In this document: positions 1-10,630 of the stretch, piece by piece | Layout of the letters: each line of letters begins with the position of its first letter | How positions within the stretch are numbered: position 1 is the first letter of the stretch | Assembly: GCF_009914755.1 (NCBI RefSeq) | Contig: NC_060937.1 | DNA length: 64,000 nt | DNA from: the human T2T-CHM13v2.0 reference genome, Homo sapiens | Strand: one strand, 5' to 3' | Position numbers and translations under genes: made by a program | The notes under the pieces: generated by a model | Databases searched by the model: none | The model's input: the letters and a program-made list of their open reading frames with translations, nothing else | Told to the model about the DNA's origin: nothing

Positions 1-637
1 TTCCCTTTCTCATTCCTCCAAGGAGAGCCTCAAGAAATTTAGCCCGGTTGTTCATTTCCTCAGGAGTGTTATAGTCCCAATTATGATCAATAGTGGGAAC
101 TGTGTCTGGGCCGGGATGATTGCCCTGAGAGTTTTGGGCAAATAATTCATTGCTTGCAGGTGGGCGGCCTCAGAGATTCATTCCTTTTCTGAGGGTGTGT
201 AACAGGTTGCTAGAATGAATTGAACATCTCTCCATGATAGATCAGAGGCTAAGGTCAAACGCTGGAACCCATCTGCAAGTTTCTTAGGATTCTCAGAATA
301 GTTTCCTAGCTTTTCCTTATATTGTATGTATAAATTATAGAGAAGGGGGCCTGCACTAGGACTGGCCCCTTGGTTCCTGCTACTTCCCTAAGAGGTAGCA
401 GGGCTGGAGAGAGAATTGAATATGGCATTCCTCTCCAAGTGTGAGGGGGATTTAGTAGGGTCCCTGGTGTTTGCTCCTGGGTTTTAGCCTCAGGAGCACT
501 TGGCAAGGGGCTTTATGGGGATGGTTGCTGTTCACCCTGAGAGACAGCTAGCCCTTGTAAAAGAGGGTCATCTATAATATCTAGTTCTGCCTTAGTACTT
601 TCCTTTGGGGGGTGGGTTCTGGGAGTTTCACAGATTG

Positions 638-949
638 TTAGGTTTTTGATATTTTGATAAAAGCCTGTACATATGGGACTTCTGACCATCTTCCCAGCCT
701 CTTGCAAAGTAGGTCTAATTGCAGGATGGTGTCATAATTAAGGCTACCACTGACTGCCCATTGCTGGGGGCTGGGCAGCTCATAATGGGGCCAAACAGTA
801 TTACAGAAAAAAATTATACATTTTCCCTTTAGAGTGTCAGGGTCAAATTGATTCCAATGGTGGATGATGTAGCCAAGTGAGGAATCCGGTGGAACAGGTG
901 TAGAATTGCCCATAGTGGAATCAGGTCGAATAGATAGAGAGTTGCCCAT
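638..949 (-). pseudogene. ERV gag matrix (MA)-like ORF, 103 aa, still open
   Basis: ORF track protein MGNSLS...VPYVQAF resembles HERV-W/H/9-type Gag N-terminus. Frame is lost after the MA domain. Confidence 0.75.
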
Positions 950-1153
950 AGTGGTCTGGAACAGAGAAGAGGACTTTGAAAAGTAGAGGGCCCATTAGGT
1001 GACCCAAACTTTACCCAGGGCATCCCCCTGAAAAAATTCTGAACCCAGACTGGGGTCCCCAGGGGCGTCCCTACTTTAGGGCCCTGATTTAGTCTGTCAG
1101 ATGTCTCTGACCTTAGATGGGGGCTGGCACTGCTTTGGGATGGTTCCCTCCAC

Positions 1154-2237
1154 TATCGGGGGAAATTCAGCCCCTGATATTTCACGTGGGTCCTTTTCTA
1201 TTTTCCCTAAGTGTTGGCTGGTCTGAGAAATAAAGGGAAAGAGTACAAAGAGAGAAATTTTAAAGCTGGGTGTCCAGGGGAGACATCATATGTCGGCAGG
1301 TTCTGTGATGCCCCCTAAGCCGTAAAACCAGCAAGTTTTTATTAGTGATTTCCAAAAGGGGAGGGAGTGTATGAATAGGGTGTGGGTCACAGAGATCACA
1401 TGCTTCACAAGGTAATAAAATATCACAAGGCAAATGGAGGCAGGGTGAGATCACGGGACCACATGACCAGGGCGAAATTAAAATTGCGAGTGAAGTTTCG
1501 GGCACGCATTGTCATTGATAACATCTTATCAGGAGACAGGGTTTGAGAGCAGACAACCAGTCTGACCAAAATTTATTAGGTGGGAATTTCCTCGTCCTAA
1601 TAAGCCTGGGAGCACTATGGGAGTCCGGGGCTTATTTCTTCCCTTATCTACGACCATAAAAGACAGCCGTCCCCAGAGTGGCCATTTTGGAGGACTACCC
1701 CTAGGCACACATTCTCTGTCTCAGGGCTGTTCCTTGCTGAGAAAAAGAATTCAGCGATATTTCTCCTATTTGCTTTAGAAAGAAGAGAAATATGGCTCTG
1801 TTCTGCCCGGCCCATAGGCAGCCAGACGTTAAGATTATCTCCCTTGTTCCTTGAACGTTGCTGTTATCCTGTTCTTAAGGTGCCCAGATTTGATACTGTT
1901 CAAACACACATGCTCTACAAACAATTTGTGCAGTTAACACAATCATCACAGGGTCCTGAGGCGACATACATCCTCCTCAGCTTACGAAGATGACGGGATT
2001 AAGAGATTAAAGTAAAGACAGGCATAGGAAATCACAAGAGTATTGATTGGGGAAGTGATAAATGTCCATAAAATCTTCACAATTTATGTTCAGAGATTGC
2101 AGTAAAGACAGGCGTAAGAAATTATAAAAGTATTAATTTGGGGAACTAATAAATGTCCATGAAATCTTCACAGTTTATGTTCTTCTGCCATGGCTTCAGC
2201 CAGTCCCTTCATTCAGGGTCCCTGACTTCCCACAACA
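1154..2237 (-). mobile_element. Solo MER11-family LTR (HERV-K11/HML-8)
   Basis: Reverse complement starts TGTTGTGGGAAGTCAGGGACC...AAGCCATGGCAGAAGAACATAA and ends CCCCCGATA, as in MER11. Perfect 6-bp TSD CTCCAC at 1148-1153 and 2238-2243. Confidence 0.92.
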
Positions 2238-3017
2238 CTCCACCACTGAGGACCTACTATGAACTTTCCTTAAGGTTTTTCTATCCCACTTAAAGCAACC
2301 CTTTAACCCTTTAAATTTAGGCAATAAATTGCCTTTCATGAATTTTCCCCCCACCCCATGCCCCACACAGACCACCTCCGACATGCTCAGACCCTCTGAC
2401 TTGTATAACCTTTTTTGCATAGTCTGTCCTTTAGCCAGATGAGTAGGGGAAGGGAAGAACTTAGCATAAGAAAAGGTTTAAGTCTCCTGAAAAGTGTGTG
2501 AGTTCGCCCAGGATGAGCTTCCGCTGCCAACCGCATCACATGTAGGGATCAGGGACTATAGCTGGAAAGGATAGAAAAGAGTCCTTCCCTCTTCAAGGCA
2601 GGGCAGCCATCCCTGTTCACTCCTTGGCCTTCAGACAGCACTGGAGAGTGGTCCCAGCCAGTTCCCCTCAATTGCCAAGGAGCTACTAGAAAACAGCCAC
2701 TGAAAGACTGGAAAAGAAAAAAAGGGAAATAACTCAGAAAAAGGAAAAAAGGAATAGGACTCAGAAAAACAAAAACAAGGAAAAGGACTCAGGTCCCTCA
2801 CCCAAACCCAGTGGTGTTACTCAGACGCTTCCACATGGAAGCCTTTCAGTTTCACCAGAGAGAGGCTCTGGCCAGAAACTTGCAGTTGTCACTATGCTTA
2901 GGCACTGTTCACCAAGAGTCCCGAGTTGGAAAGGAAAAGAAAGAGAGAAAGATTCCCCTGTATGTAGCAGAGAGGAAAAGAAGAAAGGAGAAAAATAAAT
3001 CCCATACTTTGGGCTTC

Positions 3018-3035
3018 CTCCTACCTGGCTCGCCA
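3018..3035 (-). other. Retroviral primer-binding site, tRNA-Arg(ACG) type
   Basis: Minus strand TGGCGAGCCAGGTAGGAG lies just inside the LTR. It matches the complement of the tRNA-Arg(ACG) 3' end (TGGCGAGCCAGCCAGGAG, from memory) at 16/18. Confidence 0.75.
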
Positions 3036-3037
3036 AA

Positions 3038-3970
3038 CCCGTAGAGGGTCTTGAGTGCAAGTTGTCCAGATTCTTGGGGTTTTGAACAAAGAATTGAACA
3101 AAACGCACTGCAAAGCAAGGAAAGCAGAGATTTATTGAAAGTGAAAGTACACTTCACAGTGTGGGAGTGAGCCCAAGCAGTAGCTCAAGAACCCCGGATA
3201 CAGAATCTTCTCAGGTCCAAATACCCTCTAGAGGTTTCCCATTGGCCACCTACTTGGTGTTTGCCTCATGTAAATGAAGTGGTGGCCCGCAATCAGAGGC
3301 TAAAGTGAAGTTACAAAGTTGCACTTCCATGCAAATGAAGATTCAGCCCACAATCAGTCTGATTGGTTGCGGACAGCAAGTTGTCCAGGTTCTTGGCGTT
3401 TTGAACAAATAATTGGACAAAACGCACAGTAAAGCTAGGAAAGAATGAAGCAAGGAAAGCAGAGATTTATTGAAAGTGAAAGTACACTTCACAGTGTGGG
3501 AGCAGGCTGAGCAGCAGCTCAAGGGCCCCAGATACAGAATCTTCTCGGGTCCAAATACCCTCTAGATGTTTCCCATTGGCCACTTACTTGGTGCTCACCC
3601 CATGTAAATGAAGTGGTGGCCTGCAATCAGAGGCTAAAGTGAAGTTACAAAGTTGCACTTCTATTCAAACGAAGCCTTGGCCCACAATCAGTCTGATTGG
3701 TTGGGGACAGCAACCAATCAGAGGCTGAAGTGAAGTTACAAAGTTACACTCTATGCAAACATCTGATTAGTTGCAGAAAGCAACCAATCAGAGGCACTTT
3801 CAATTTTCCAGCTGCGGCACAGAAAAGGTGGGGGTTTGCAAAGGGAGTGGCCTCTGGGCCTTTTGTTACTTAGGAGTGGAAAGTTAGGGTTTTCCTTTCC
3901 AAATGGCTCTAGGAAGTCAGTGTGAAACGGCCTTAGGTTCCCTGCTCGCAGACCCTGTTCTCCTGCCTAA
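3038..3970 (-). mobile_element. MER51-type ERV1 5' LTR with an internal ~320-bp tandem duplication
   Basis: Minus strand begins TTAGGCAGGAGAACAGGGTC..GGGAACCTAAGGCC. It has repeated CCAAT/ATTGG boxes and AATAAA signals, and is followed directly by the PBS. Confidence 0.8.
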
Positions 3971-4041
3971 CTACTAGAGTACAGTGTGCACTTCCTAAAA
4001 ACGGAAGCACTTTTGCTAATAATTTTAACTTGACACAAAAG

Positions 4042-4180
4042 TAGGGTGATCAGATAAAATACCCTTATGTCCCATGTAATAGTTGGAATGTACTTATACT
4101 AAAAAATTATTCATTGATCATCTGAAATTAAAATTTACCTGGGTATACTGTACTTTTATTTGCTATATCCGACAATCTTA
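4042..4180. mobile_element. MER53-like DNA transposon fragment
   Basis: TAGGGTGATCAGATAAAATAC ... GTACTTTTATTTGCTATATCCGACAATCTTA forms an imperfect inverted-ended MITE pattern. Confidence 0.5.
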
Positions 4181-4262
4181 TACAGAAGTCGTCATGGGAA
4201 ACTCAGAAAAGGCTGTCCAAATTATTCTGGCAGAGAGGAGTGGAAGAAACAAATGCCATTTA

Positions 4263-4561
4263 GGTTGGGTGCAGTGGCTCACACCTGTAATCCCAGCACT
4301 TTGGGAAGGCAAGGTGGATCACGGGGTCAGGAGATGGAGACCACCCTGGCCAATATGGTGAAACCCCATCTCTACTAAAAATACAAAAATTAGCTGGGCG
4401 GGGTGGTGCGTGCCTGTAACCCCAGCTACTGGAGAGGCTGAGGCAGGAGAATTGCTTGAACCAGGGAGTCAGAGGTTGCAGTGAGCCAAGATGGCGCCAC
4501 TGCACTCCAGCTTGGTGACAGAGTGAGATTCTGTTTCAAAAACAAAAGAAAAAGAAAAAAA
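4263..4561 (+). mobile_element. Alu (S-type)
   Basis: Full dimer with central TACTAAAAATACAAAAA linker and A-rich tail. Confidence 0.95.
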
Positions 4562-4612
4562 GACACAAATGCTGTTAAAAAAAATTTAAAAGACAAAAAC
4601 AAAAAACTGTGG

Positions 4613-5135
<523 letters not shown>

Positions 5136-5289
5136 AGCACCATAGTATTGGCGGTAAATCAGAGTTGGCAAATGCAATCTGAAGCAGAGGAGAGGAGAGA
5201 GTCATATCCCTCAAGTTTTACAGTCCCATTAAAAGTATTAGTACTTTGAGAAAAGGACCGTCACGATCATGGGGAGAATGAAGGAAAAA

Positions 5290-5760
5290 CTCCATTTCTT
5301 TCCAGTTTGCAACTGGAATTGTCACTTTCGTCTTTCGGCACGACAGCGCCCAGGCCACAAAAGCCCACAGGGCAGGGCCTCCATTTTGTGGCCTGCGTGG
5401 AGGGCGGGGCGGTCTCTCTCCGCCACGCCCCAGCACCGGGTAGACACCGCAGCCACGTAACCAAGGAACCCCGAATGAGGCGTTGGCCAGGTGAGGCCGG
5501 ATCCGGAAGTAGGGGGACCACTTCGCCCCGCGTACGAGCCCCGCCCCCGGCCCCTCCCACCAGACCCAGGCCGACCTAGATGACGTGTCCGAGTAGGAGT
5601 TGGCGAGGTGCGGCCGGGCGGCCGGCCCTGCGCATGCGTGATACTTGCACCGGTCGAGATGGTAGCATGAGTCTGGAGGTCATTTTCTTTGAGAAAGGCT
5701 CCGCTTCTCCGGGTTTTTGCTGATGCCGATCCCGGGGGATTGAGGAAACATTGAGCTCTG
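5290..5760. promoter_or_regulatory. Upstream CpG-island promoter, probably driving a minus-strand lncRNA
   Basis: CpG-dense, with GC boxes (5402-5412, 5539-5548), ETS CCGGAAGT (5503-5510), CRE half TGACGT (5581), NRF1 TGCGCATGCG (5629-5638) and a minus-strand YY1-like CAAAATGGAGG (5378-5388). Confidence 0.75.
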
Positions 5761-6480
5761 GAGTGGAAAAGGTTGCAGACTTTTAGACTCCCAAGTCGTT
5801 GTAGTCTCAATCTCTAGTGGCTGCGTTACTGCAGGAAGTCACGGAAGCCTCTCCCCTTTCTTAGGCGCATCCTTGGCTGTAAAAGGAGGTTAAAAGCCCC
5901 TGGAAAACCTCAGGTTTATTTCAGCTCTGAAAGTCCGGTTCCAAATTTAGATCCAGCACTCTTGTGGCCTGGCCAGTGATGGTCGTGGAGTGCTTTCCCC
6001 GCGCCTGCGGTCTCTAGGCTCTGTGGATGTAGAGGTGTGGGATGTAGGAGCAGGCCCTTACCCGTGGAATTCACATATAAATGGGGGAATGAGACAGCAA
6101 ACAAACAAACGTGATCCTTCCTGATAGTGGTAAATGTGGGATGCCGAGGTTTAAGCAGACGAGTGGTATTAAGGGATTTCAAGGTTTTATAAAATTGATT
6201 TTGCCAAGAGTGGAAGCTGAGAGGCTACTGCAGTAAGAAGTCCAGGGGAACTAAGAATTTGGCTTGGACCAGAGTGGTAGCTGTGGGCATGGAAAGTACT
6301 GAAAGGATTTAGCCCATAGTTTAGCAGCCCAACCAACGGGACCTGCTGAAGGACTGGAGGTAGGTAGTGAGGAAATGAGAAATTTAGGTTCTTCTCCAGG
6401 GTTGGGGCCTGAAAAGAGATGGGCAGCGATGCCGTTTCCTGGAAAACTGGGAGAGGAAATGTTTGGGATGAGGGCAGTGA

Positions 6481-6811
<331 letters not shown>

Positions 6812-7531
6812 GAAGGTCAAGTTTCAGTGGTGCTAGGAAAAGAAGATAGTGAGCAAAAATGTTAATTTTTGTTTCCTCCTCTTAATATTTGGAGAAAACG
6901 TCTGCTTCCTTTTGTTATATTGGAAATCTCCATGACTTCCAAATACAGAATATTTTACAATTTTTCCCTATCCCAAAGTTCAGCGAATATGTTGATTTAT
7001 TTGAGGGAGAGGACATGAAAGGGAAGCCACCTAGGCACAATTTTCTGCTCAGGCCCTACCAGATTAGTTTTTGTTATCAAAAAAAAAAAAAAAAAGTGCC
7101 ATTCCTTGGGCCAAGCTATGTGCTCAGCACTTTCCCTCCATTTTTGATTTAATCTTCACAACAACCTTAAGATGAACGTTCTTTTCTACTTCCCAGTTCT
7201 CTTGATTAACTTGGCTACCCCACTGTATGGATCAATTTGCAGGGTCCTAGGTCCCTTTGAAAATCTGATGAAAGTTATAAACCTTACCTGGGAAAAAAGT
7301 ACAAACACCCGCAAGAACTTGAAATAGGAGTTCACTGGCCCTCAACTTTCTGAGCTTACTATTTCACAAACCTGCCTATTCTTGAATTCTGAGCTGGAGG
7401 TCATGATTCTCTCTTATGTACTTTAAGATGATGCACTCTTCCGAAGTTTTTGATTGAACTCTAGTGGCTAACTGAATTGACTTTTTCAGATCACTAAAAA
7501 GCTTCTCCTTGAAAAATACTCAGAAGATGCA

Positions 7532-7560
7532 ACACACACACACACACACGTGTGTGCACT
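7532..7560. repeat. (CA)n running into (TG)n, alternating purine-pyrimidine tract
   Basis: ACACACACACACACACACGTGTGTGCAC. Confidence 0.85.
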
Positions 7561-7959
7561 TACACACGCGGACACCGTCTCACATCATCAGTGGGAAAAG
7601 TGATAGAATCTTGCTAAAGGCTGATCATACCATATTAATCCGATTCGCCAGAACTACTTTCTTCACTGAGCTCTCAGGTATGCTCGGGTCTTCCTTTAAA
7701 GAAAATAAATGTCAACGCTACACTCTATCCTACTCCCATTTTCCTCCTCACCCCATTTCCACTCTCCCTTAAAGAGATGTGTGCACACAATCACTGCCCA
7801 ATGCAAGAATGCACCACTGCATCCAATGCTTGGAAATTGTCCGTGAAGATGCCTTTGAGTAGCTGTCTATTTGAGGATTTGTGGCTAATTCCTCCCCATT
7901 TGTTTCCTTAGCCTGCTCCCAACCAGGTGTCTCCAGAACTTTTTCTCTCCGCCACCAAC

Positions 7960-9070
7960 TCCGCCTCCAGACAGACCGCAGGTGCTTTCTGTCATAGGGA
8001 CTGGCGTGCCGCGGACAGTGTGACAAAGAAACTGTATGATGGATATGAGAACTTCGTAAGACCCAGCAGCAAACGGGGAGCGGCTGGCGAGCGCTCCACA
8101 GCCCCCAAGCGTGGGAGCTCTAGATCGGAATTTGTAATTTGGAATTGGAACGTGAGCGCCGGAACAGCTCTCCCAGCAACCACCTCTCCCAGCAACCACC
8201 TCAGCTGGCGCGCGGAAAACCCGGAAAGTGGATTTCGCCCCCGCTCCCTCCCGGAAACTCCTCCTGGTGCCTGCGACCGTTCTCACTGAGCATGTGCAGA
8301 CGGCGGTGCGCATGCTCTGTTGCGGTCCGCTTCGGTTTCTGTTGCGGGACCCGGGGTGTCTCCTAGCGCAACCGGAACTAGCCTTCTGGGGGCCGGCTTC
8401 CTTTATCTCTGGCGGCCTTGTAGTCGTCTCCGAGACTCCCCACCCCTCCTTCCCTCTTGACCCCCTAGGTTTGATTGCCCTTTCCCCGAAACAACTATCA
8501 TGAGCGCGAGGCTGCCGGTGTTGTCTCCACCTCGGTGGCCGCGGCTGTTGCTGCTGTCGCTGCTCCTGCTGGGGGCGGTTCCTGGCCCGCGCCGGAGCGG
8601 CGCTTTCTACCTGCCCGGCCTGGCGCCCGTCAACTTCTGCGACGAAGAAAAAAAGAGCGACGAGTGCAAGGTGGGTGAGGCCTGACGAGCCCTCTGATGC
8701 ACTGTTGGAAGGGGAAGTCGTCCCTATCCGGGGGAGCTGATCCTCGGGTGGGAGCGAGGGAAGGGGGCGTAGCAGCGGGTGGGGTTGAGTTTCCCCAGAA
8801 GCTTTTGGGGTCTGCTGGGCTGTGGGTGGGGGGCTCTGAAACAGCCCTTGCAAGGGTAGTTTCTGGAGGACGCAGTGGGCCTCAGACTCGCCTCCCGTCT
8901 TGCGGGCCAAGTGGCACGAGCAGCTGTATTCAGTTTTCCTGGAACAGGGACCGTGTGGAGCGCCCTTGGAGTTGGGCTTCACGCCTCAGAGCTTTGGAGT
9001 TGGATGTATGCAGGTCCACGCGTGAGTGTTCGCTCACAGCCCTGTAACATGTACGCTGAGGAAGCGGGTG
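7960..9070 (+). promoter_or_regulatory. TM9SF2: TM9SF2 CpG island / TATA-less housekeeping promoter
   Basis: CpG-rich region spanning exon 1, with several ETS CCGGAA (8159, 8221, 8251, 8372) and NRF1 TGCGCATGC (8307-8315). Confidence 0.85.
8500..8670 (+). CDS. TM9SF2: TM9SF2 coding exon 1 (signal peptide, FYLPGLAPVNFC motif), 171 nt
   Basis: MSARLPVLSPPRWPRLLLLSLLLLGAVPGPRRSGAFYLPGLAPVNFCDEEKKSDECK; donor AAG|GTGGGT. FYLPG is the nonaspanin/EMP70 N-terminal motif. Confidence 0.97.
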
Positions 9071-10319
9071 ACCGACTCCCTACATGTGAGCAACACTCAG
9101 CCTAGTTAACAGTTTCCATTAGCTTTTAACTTCATTGCTTCCTGTTTAATTGCATTTTCCTGGAACCTTCTAGTTGGTTAGGAGAGCTTGTTCTTTCTAG
9201 GACTTTGATATCTCGCTTCACAATTAGAAGTTGGTTCCTTATTTGTGGAGTATAACACCCAGAGCCACACAAAGTGCATTAATAAAGAGTTGCTGTAATG
9301 GTTGAGGCACTTGATTTCTGAGTTTTAAGTGTAAAAGATTTTAATACACAAAAAAAGATACGAGGTCTCACTATTTTCTCTGAGATGGTTTTAAACACTT
9401 AAAAGGGGCAAATGGTGGGAGAAACTGGTGTTTTCCTAGGGCAAGTCTTGAAAACTTTGATCTCTTACAACATTCACACTCAAGGTTTTCAGTTTAATTG
9501 CTAGTAAAAGAGGCGTAAATAAAGTAACCTGCTTTTAGGTTATATGGTGTAGGGCTTTACAGTATACATACACAATTATTTCGTTAAGTTTATTTAAAAC
9601 TTAACATTTGGGGGATGAGGATCTCTTTGAAACCTTTAATGATTTCAACAATTCAAATAATCGTTCAACAAACGTTTACAATCTATAAATAGGCTTATTT
9701 ATTAAGTTTGATTTTTTTAAGCTGGTGTTTATTACAGTTAGCTTTACTATAGCTGTGAATTTTGAGGTTATTTTAGGGCATTAGATAAGCTTTAAATTTT
9801 TCATAACATTTTGCAGTTTCTTTTTAGGTTGTCAGCTATCTTGAATGACATGTTTATACATCTGTGCAAAACCTTGTATCTGAAAAAATATCTAAGGATA
9901 TTTAAGGTTTACTCAAGTCTGCAGTTAGTGTTTCAGTACTTAAGTTCATACTCTGCAGTGCAAGAAGCTTTCACTCCTTTTTGAGGATTCTGACTGAAAG
10001 ACTGTTGTTGTGCTTCCAAGTGGAAGATCTAGACTTGCAAGTACACTGGTTTTTCCATTAAATATTTTAGTAACCAACCTTTAAGGCCTAGTGTTTGGTC
10101 TTACTTTAACAGCAGTTGTATATTCTATTCCTAGTGCCTCAAAGATGAAAAATATATTTCCTGCCCTCTGGGAACCTCAAAGTAAGGGACATAAGCTTAT
10201 GAACAGATTATTGAAATCTGATCTATTACACAGGATGATGTCCAAAGTGTGCTAAAACAAAATGAGGAAACATCAGTGGACTAGAGTCTTTAGGGAAAGC
10301 TCTATAGAAGAAGTGACAG

Positions 10320-10630
10320 GGCCAGGTGTGGTGGCTCACGCCTGTAATCCCAACACATTGGGAGGCCGAGGCGGGTGGATCACCTGAAGTCAGGAGTTTA
10401 AGACCAGCCTGGCCAATATGGTGAAACCGCGTCTCTACTAAAAATACAAAAATTAGCTGGGCGTGGTGGCGGGCATCTGTAATCCCAGCTACTCGGGAGG
10501 CTGAGGCAGGAAGAATCGCTTGAACTCTGGAGGTGGAGGTTGCAGTGAGCTGAGATCGCGCCATTGCACTCCAGCCTGGGCAACAGAGCGAGACTTTGTC
10601 TCAAAAAAAAAAAAAAAAAAAAGAAGAAGA
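10320..10630 (+). mobile_element. Alu (S-type)
   Basis: Full dimer, poly(A), TSD AGAAGAAGTGACA. Confidence 0.95.

Larger units (their letters stand above)
1..3035 (-). mobile_element. Class I (ERV1) endogenous retrovirus internal region: leader, then gag MA and degraded CA; runs off the window start; interrupted by a MER11 LTR
   Basis: Minus-strand translation gives gamma-like HERV Gag motifs: matrix 'HWNQFDPDTLK..IFFCNTVWPHY..GSLNYDTILQLDLLCKRLGRWSEVPYVQAF' (638-949) and capsid-start 'LLPLREVAG..GPVLVQAPFS' (306-506), with frameshifts. Adjoins a PBS and an LTR. Confidence 0.85.

Noticed and set aside
2013-2187. ~88-bp tandem repeat inside MER11
   Set aside because: As I recall, part of the normal MER11 consensus; not locus-specific and not a CRISPR-like array.
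5218-5810. Several overlapping 60-160 aa ORFs in the upstream CpG island
   Set aside because: Expected in GC-rich DNA; many use non-ATG starts and none shows a protein motif.
7885-8982. 365-aa minus-strand ORF across the promoter and exon 1
   Set aside because: Low-complexity R/P/G/S-rich translation of a GC-rich island with few stops; no recognisable domain, so most likely a shadow ORF.
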